The position numbers were made by a program, and so were the translations under genes. Below are positions 61,362-64,000 of a stretch of 64,000 nucleotides of DNA, piece after piece (position 1 is the stretch's first letter; the number at the start of each line of letters is the position of its first letter). This DNA is from Dictyostelium discoideum (taxonomy: Eukaryota), in NCBI GenBank assembly GCA_000004695.1, contig CM000151.3:7232001-7296000 (forward strand). Reading direction: 5' to 3'. Under the pieces are notes generated by a model. The model was given only the letters and a program-made list of their open reading frames with translations. It had not been told where the DNA came from and searched no databases.

Positions 61362-63018
61362 ATGTCCCGACCGTCATATGCCTCAGCCACTAAAACATAC
61401 TTTCATAATAGGCTTGTTACAGGTCCTGATAGAGCATATTTTATTGTTGCGATGATATTAATGCTAATACCAGAGATACCATTTCTTATATTTGTGTAAG
61501 TATTTACATTTTTTTTTTTTTTTTTTTTTTAATAATCCAGATGATTTAACACATTTTATAATAATAATCAATACCAATAGATGCCCATTATTTGAAGAAT
61601 GGATTACAGCAGCAATATACCCAGTATCAATTTATTTTTGGATTGCTTCATATATATTTTTAATTCAAACAGCATATACAGATCCAGGTATTATACCTCG
61701 TGGAATTTATAATGATGATATTTTCGCACCAGATCACAGACAACCTCTATTTAAAAAAATTACAGTTAAAGATACAAAACAAGAAATAAAATGGTGTGGT
61801 ATGTTAATAATTACTATTTTATTTAATAATTAGAGAATTAGTAACTAATCAATGTTTATAATAATCATATTCTTAAATATTTAGAAACATGTTGTTTATA
61901 TAGACCACCAAGAGCGAATCATTGTGGTATTTGTAATAATTGTGTTGAAAGATTTGATCATCATTGGTAAGTTTCCCACCCATCTTCATTTATTAATTCC
62001 AAATACTTTGTACAAATATTAATATGTGTTTTTTTTTTATTATTTTTTTTTTCTAATAGTCCATGGGTTGGAAATTGTATTGGAAGAAGAAATTATCAAA
62101 CATTTTTATACTTTTTATATTCATTAGGGTTTTTATGTATTTGGATAATGGGATTTTGTGTAGCACATATATGTATAGAATCAGCACGTTATAGGGACAA
62201 TCATCCATCTGCATCGAGTGCAAAAGTATTTCAAGAAGGTATGAATAAGTCACACTATATATCGGATTATAACTATAGTTTATGGGTTAGCAGGTTTAAT
62301 GTTTGTTGGTTCATTAGGTGGATTTCACTTCTTTTTATTACTAACAAATCAAAGTACAAATGAAAAGATCAAAAAAACATATAAAAAGTCTAATCCTTAT
62401 CGTAAATCAGCATTTGCTAATTTTATTGAAGCATTTTGTCCACCACGTTATCCAAGTTTTTATAAATATACTTTAGATCATGAAAAGGAATTAACAACAA
62501 TACCAACTCCAAATAATATAAATGGAAATAATAATAATAGTATAAACAATAACAATAATAATAATAATAATAACAATAATAATAATAATAACAATAATAA
62601 CAACAATAATAATAATAATAATATAAATAATGGTAATAGCGGTGGTACAACTAATAATGGTTATACGCCACCAATTTCTCCACCTCAGATGTTACAACGT
62701 CAATCAAGTACAATAAGATATTCATTAGATAATTTAAGAACAAGTAGTAATAGTAGTTTGGGTAATTTTAATAATTTGAAATCAAGTAGAGACCTTAATT
62801 TGTCAACTATAAGTGAAGATAAACCGAAAAATTTAAGTAATAGTAATAATAATAATAATACCAATAATAAGAACACTAGTGAAGATAATAATCATAGTAG
62901 TGGAAGTGATTTTGGTGGTGATGAAGAAAATAATGAGGATGATTTTAAGAGTGATAACGATAAAGAAATTAATTCATCTTCACTATCTTTAAATCATGAA
63001 TTACAAGTAAATGTTTAA
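61362..63018 (+). CDS. DHHC-type protein S-palmitoyltransferase with a poly-N-rich C-terminal tail. Five exons, approx 61362-61495, 61581-61798, 61885-61966, 62060-62238 and 62279-63018, about 450 aa.
   Basis: The catalytic signature is split over exons 3 and 4: [28 protein letters not shown]|[20 protein letters not shown] segments (..[35 protein letters not shown]..) and the C-terminal TTNE / NPY motifs are present. Donors are gtaagt/gtatgt/gtatga, and all four intron phases were checked. Confidence 0.88.
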
Positions 63019-63273
63019 AGAATGAAGTAAAATAAAAAAAAAAAAAAAGAAATAAATAAAAAAAAAAAAAGAAATAATTAAAAAAAAAAAAGAAATAAAT
63101 AAAAATTGTAAAATAAACATTAAAAAAAAAAAAAAAAAAAAAGGATCTTATCTAATTAAATATCTTGAAACTTTATTTATAGTACTTATTTTTATTTTTT
63201 TTATTTTTATTTTTTTTTTATTTTTTTTTTTATTTTATTTTTTGATTTGAAAACCTAAATCTGAATTGATTAA

Positions 63274-64000
63274 TTAATTTTCTTTCATTGCTTCTTCTGT
63301 TTGTGTTGATTCATTTGTAGTTGTAGTGATAGTATTGGCATTGATAGTTGTTGTGGTTGTTGTTGTTGTTGTTGCTGAAGGTTGATCGTTATAGTTTTGT
63401 TGTTGTTGTTGTTGTGGTTGTTGTTGTAGTTGTGATTGTAATTGTGATTGTTGTTGTTGATGATCTTTTTTATTTTGATTAACTAAATAAGATGGAATTT
63501 GTTGTTGTAATTGATTATTTTGAGAAGCTTTTAATAAACTAAATCTTTCAGAGAATAAAGCTTGTCTTTCTTTTTCTAATTGATTCTTTTCCTTTTCTAA
63601 AGCATTTTCCATTTCAGAATAACATTTTAATTTTAATTCCAATTTCTTTGTTTGAACATTAATAATCTTTAATATGAGTGATTGAATTTCTCTCTCTTCA
63701 GATTTACTTAATGCTTTTGCTTTAATACTTGTTGCAGCTAAAGTAGCAGAGGCAGCAGCTTGAATATTTACTTTTGAGAGATGATCATTGTCGTCGTTGT
63801 CATTATCAGTTATCATAGAGTCACCATTTTCTTTATTTAATACATCAGTTGCAGCTTTTGCAGCAGCAGAAGCGACTTCAGAAGATACACTTGTTGATAA
63901 GAAAGAAATCATTGAAACTATTGGATTATTTAATAATTGTTGATTGTTATTGTTGTTGTTGTTGTTATTTGAAGAACTACCATTTAAAATTGAATTTGAA
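63274..64000 (-). CDS. SWI/SNF complex subunit SMARCC/Swi3-like, C-terminal coiled-coil region (3' end of a gene whose 5' part lies beyond the window).
   Basis: ..AAASATLAATSIKAKALSKSEEREIQSLILKIINVQTKKLELKLKCYSEMENALEKEKNQLEKERQALFSER.. aligns with BAF155/170 ..[66 protein letters not shown]. It is followed by a Q-rich then T-rich tail, with a stop at 63274. The reading frame is open to the window edge. Confidence 0.75.
   Translation of the reverse strand, partial: SNSILNGSSSNNNNNNNNNQQLLNNPIVSMISFLSTSVSSEVASAAAKAATDVLNKENGDSMITDNDNDDNDHLSKVNIQAAASATLAATSIKAKALSKSEEREIQSLILKIINVQTKKLELKLKCYSEMENALEKEKNQLEKERQALFSERFSLLKASQNNQLQQQIPSYLVNQNKKDHQQQQSQLQSQLQQQPQQQQQQNYNDQPSATTTTTTTTTINANTITTTTNESTQTEEAMKEN

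Overview
The window is AT-rich (about 75-80% A+T) nuclear DNA of a dictyostelid social amoeba, most likely Dictyostelium discoideum or a close relative. The evidence for this is threefold: long homopolymer A/T runs and (CAA)n/(AAT)n coding repeats that give poly-Q/poly-N proteins; short AT-rich GT...AG introns; and hits to Dictyostelium-specific families (FNIP repeat, AprA/PhoPQ-related, CBP EF-hand, stefin). This is not a prokaryotic locus, so there are no operons, CRISPR arrays or defence islands.

I can support about 35 protein-coding genes, most of them spliced, and one tRNA-Ser gene. A TRE5-like retroelement fragment sits 48 bp upstream of the tRNA and is flanked by a 16-bp target-site duplication. 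The identified genes are: proteasome Rpt1 (psmC2), UTP21/WDR36, a phospholipase B-like protein, a RasGEF with LisH+REM+CDC25 domains, a PEX11-family protein, an eEF2 lysine methyltransferase (FAM86), a stefin-type cystatin, an HD-domain hydrolase, a FAXC/metaxin-like GST-C protein, a 4-EF-hand protein, two AprA-like (PhoPQ-related) paralogs in inverted orientation, two tandem TLC-domain genes, a PRELI-like protein, PET100, Aladin (AAAS), exosome Rrp40, a DHHC palmitoyltransferase, and the 3' end of a SWI3/SMARCC gene.

The most unusual content is lineage-specific and duplicated:
- a tandem triplication of divergent 4-pass membrane proteins (22.5-27.4 kb);
- two tandem 7-TM paralogs whose intron positions differ (17.6-20.5 kb);
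- a ~3.7-kb two-gene unit duplicated in tandem (42.1-49.5 kb). Each copy carries its own reading-frame lesion and a ~400-bp non-coding block that is better conserved than the coding sequence. The whole unit is bracketed by the inverted AprA-like genes.

Other points of note are a 48-bp perfect inverted-repeat element (34.4-34.8 kb) and a 2.4-kb gene desert with GC-richer islands that may hold small RNAs. All exon coordinates were derived by hand and should be treated as +/-2 nt.
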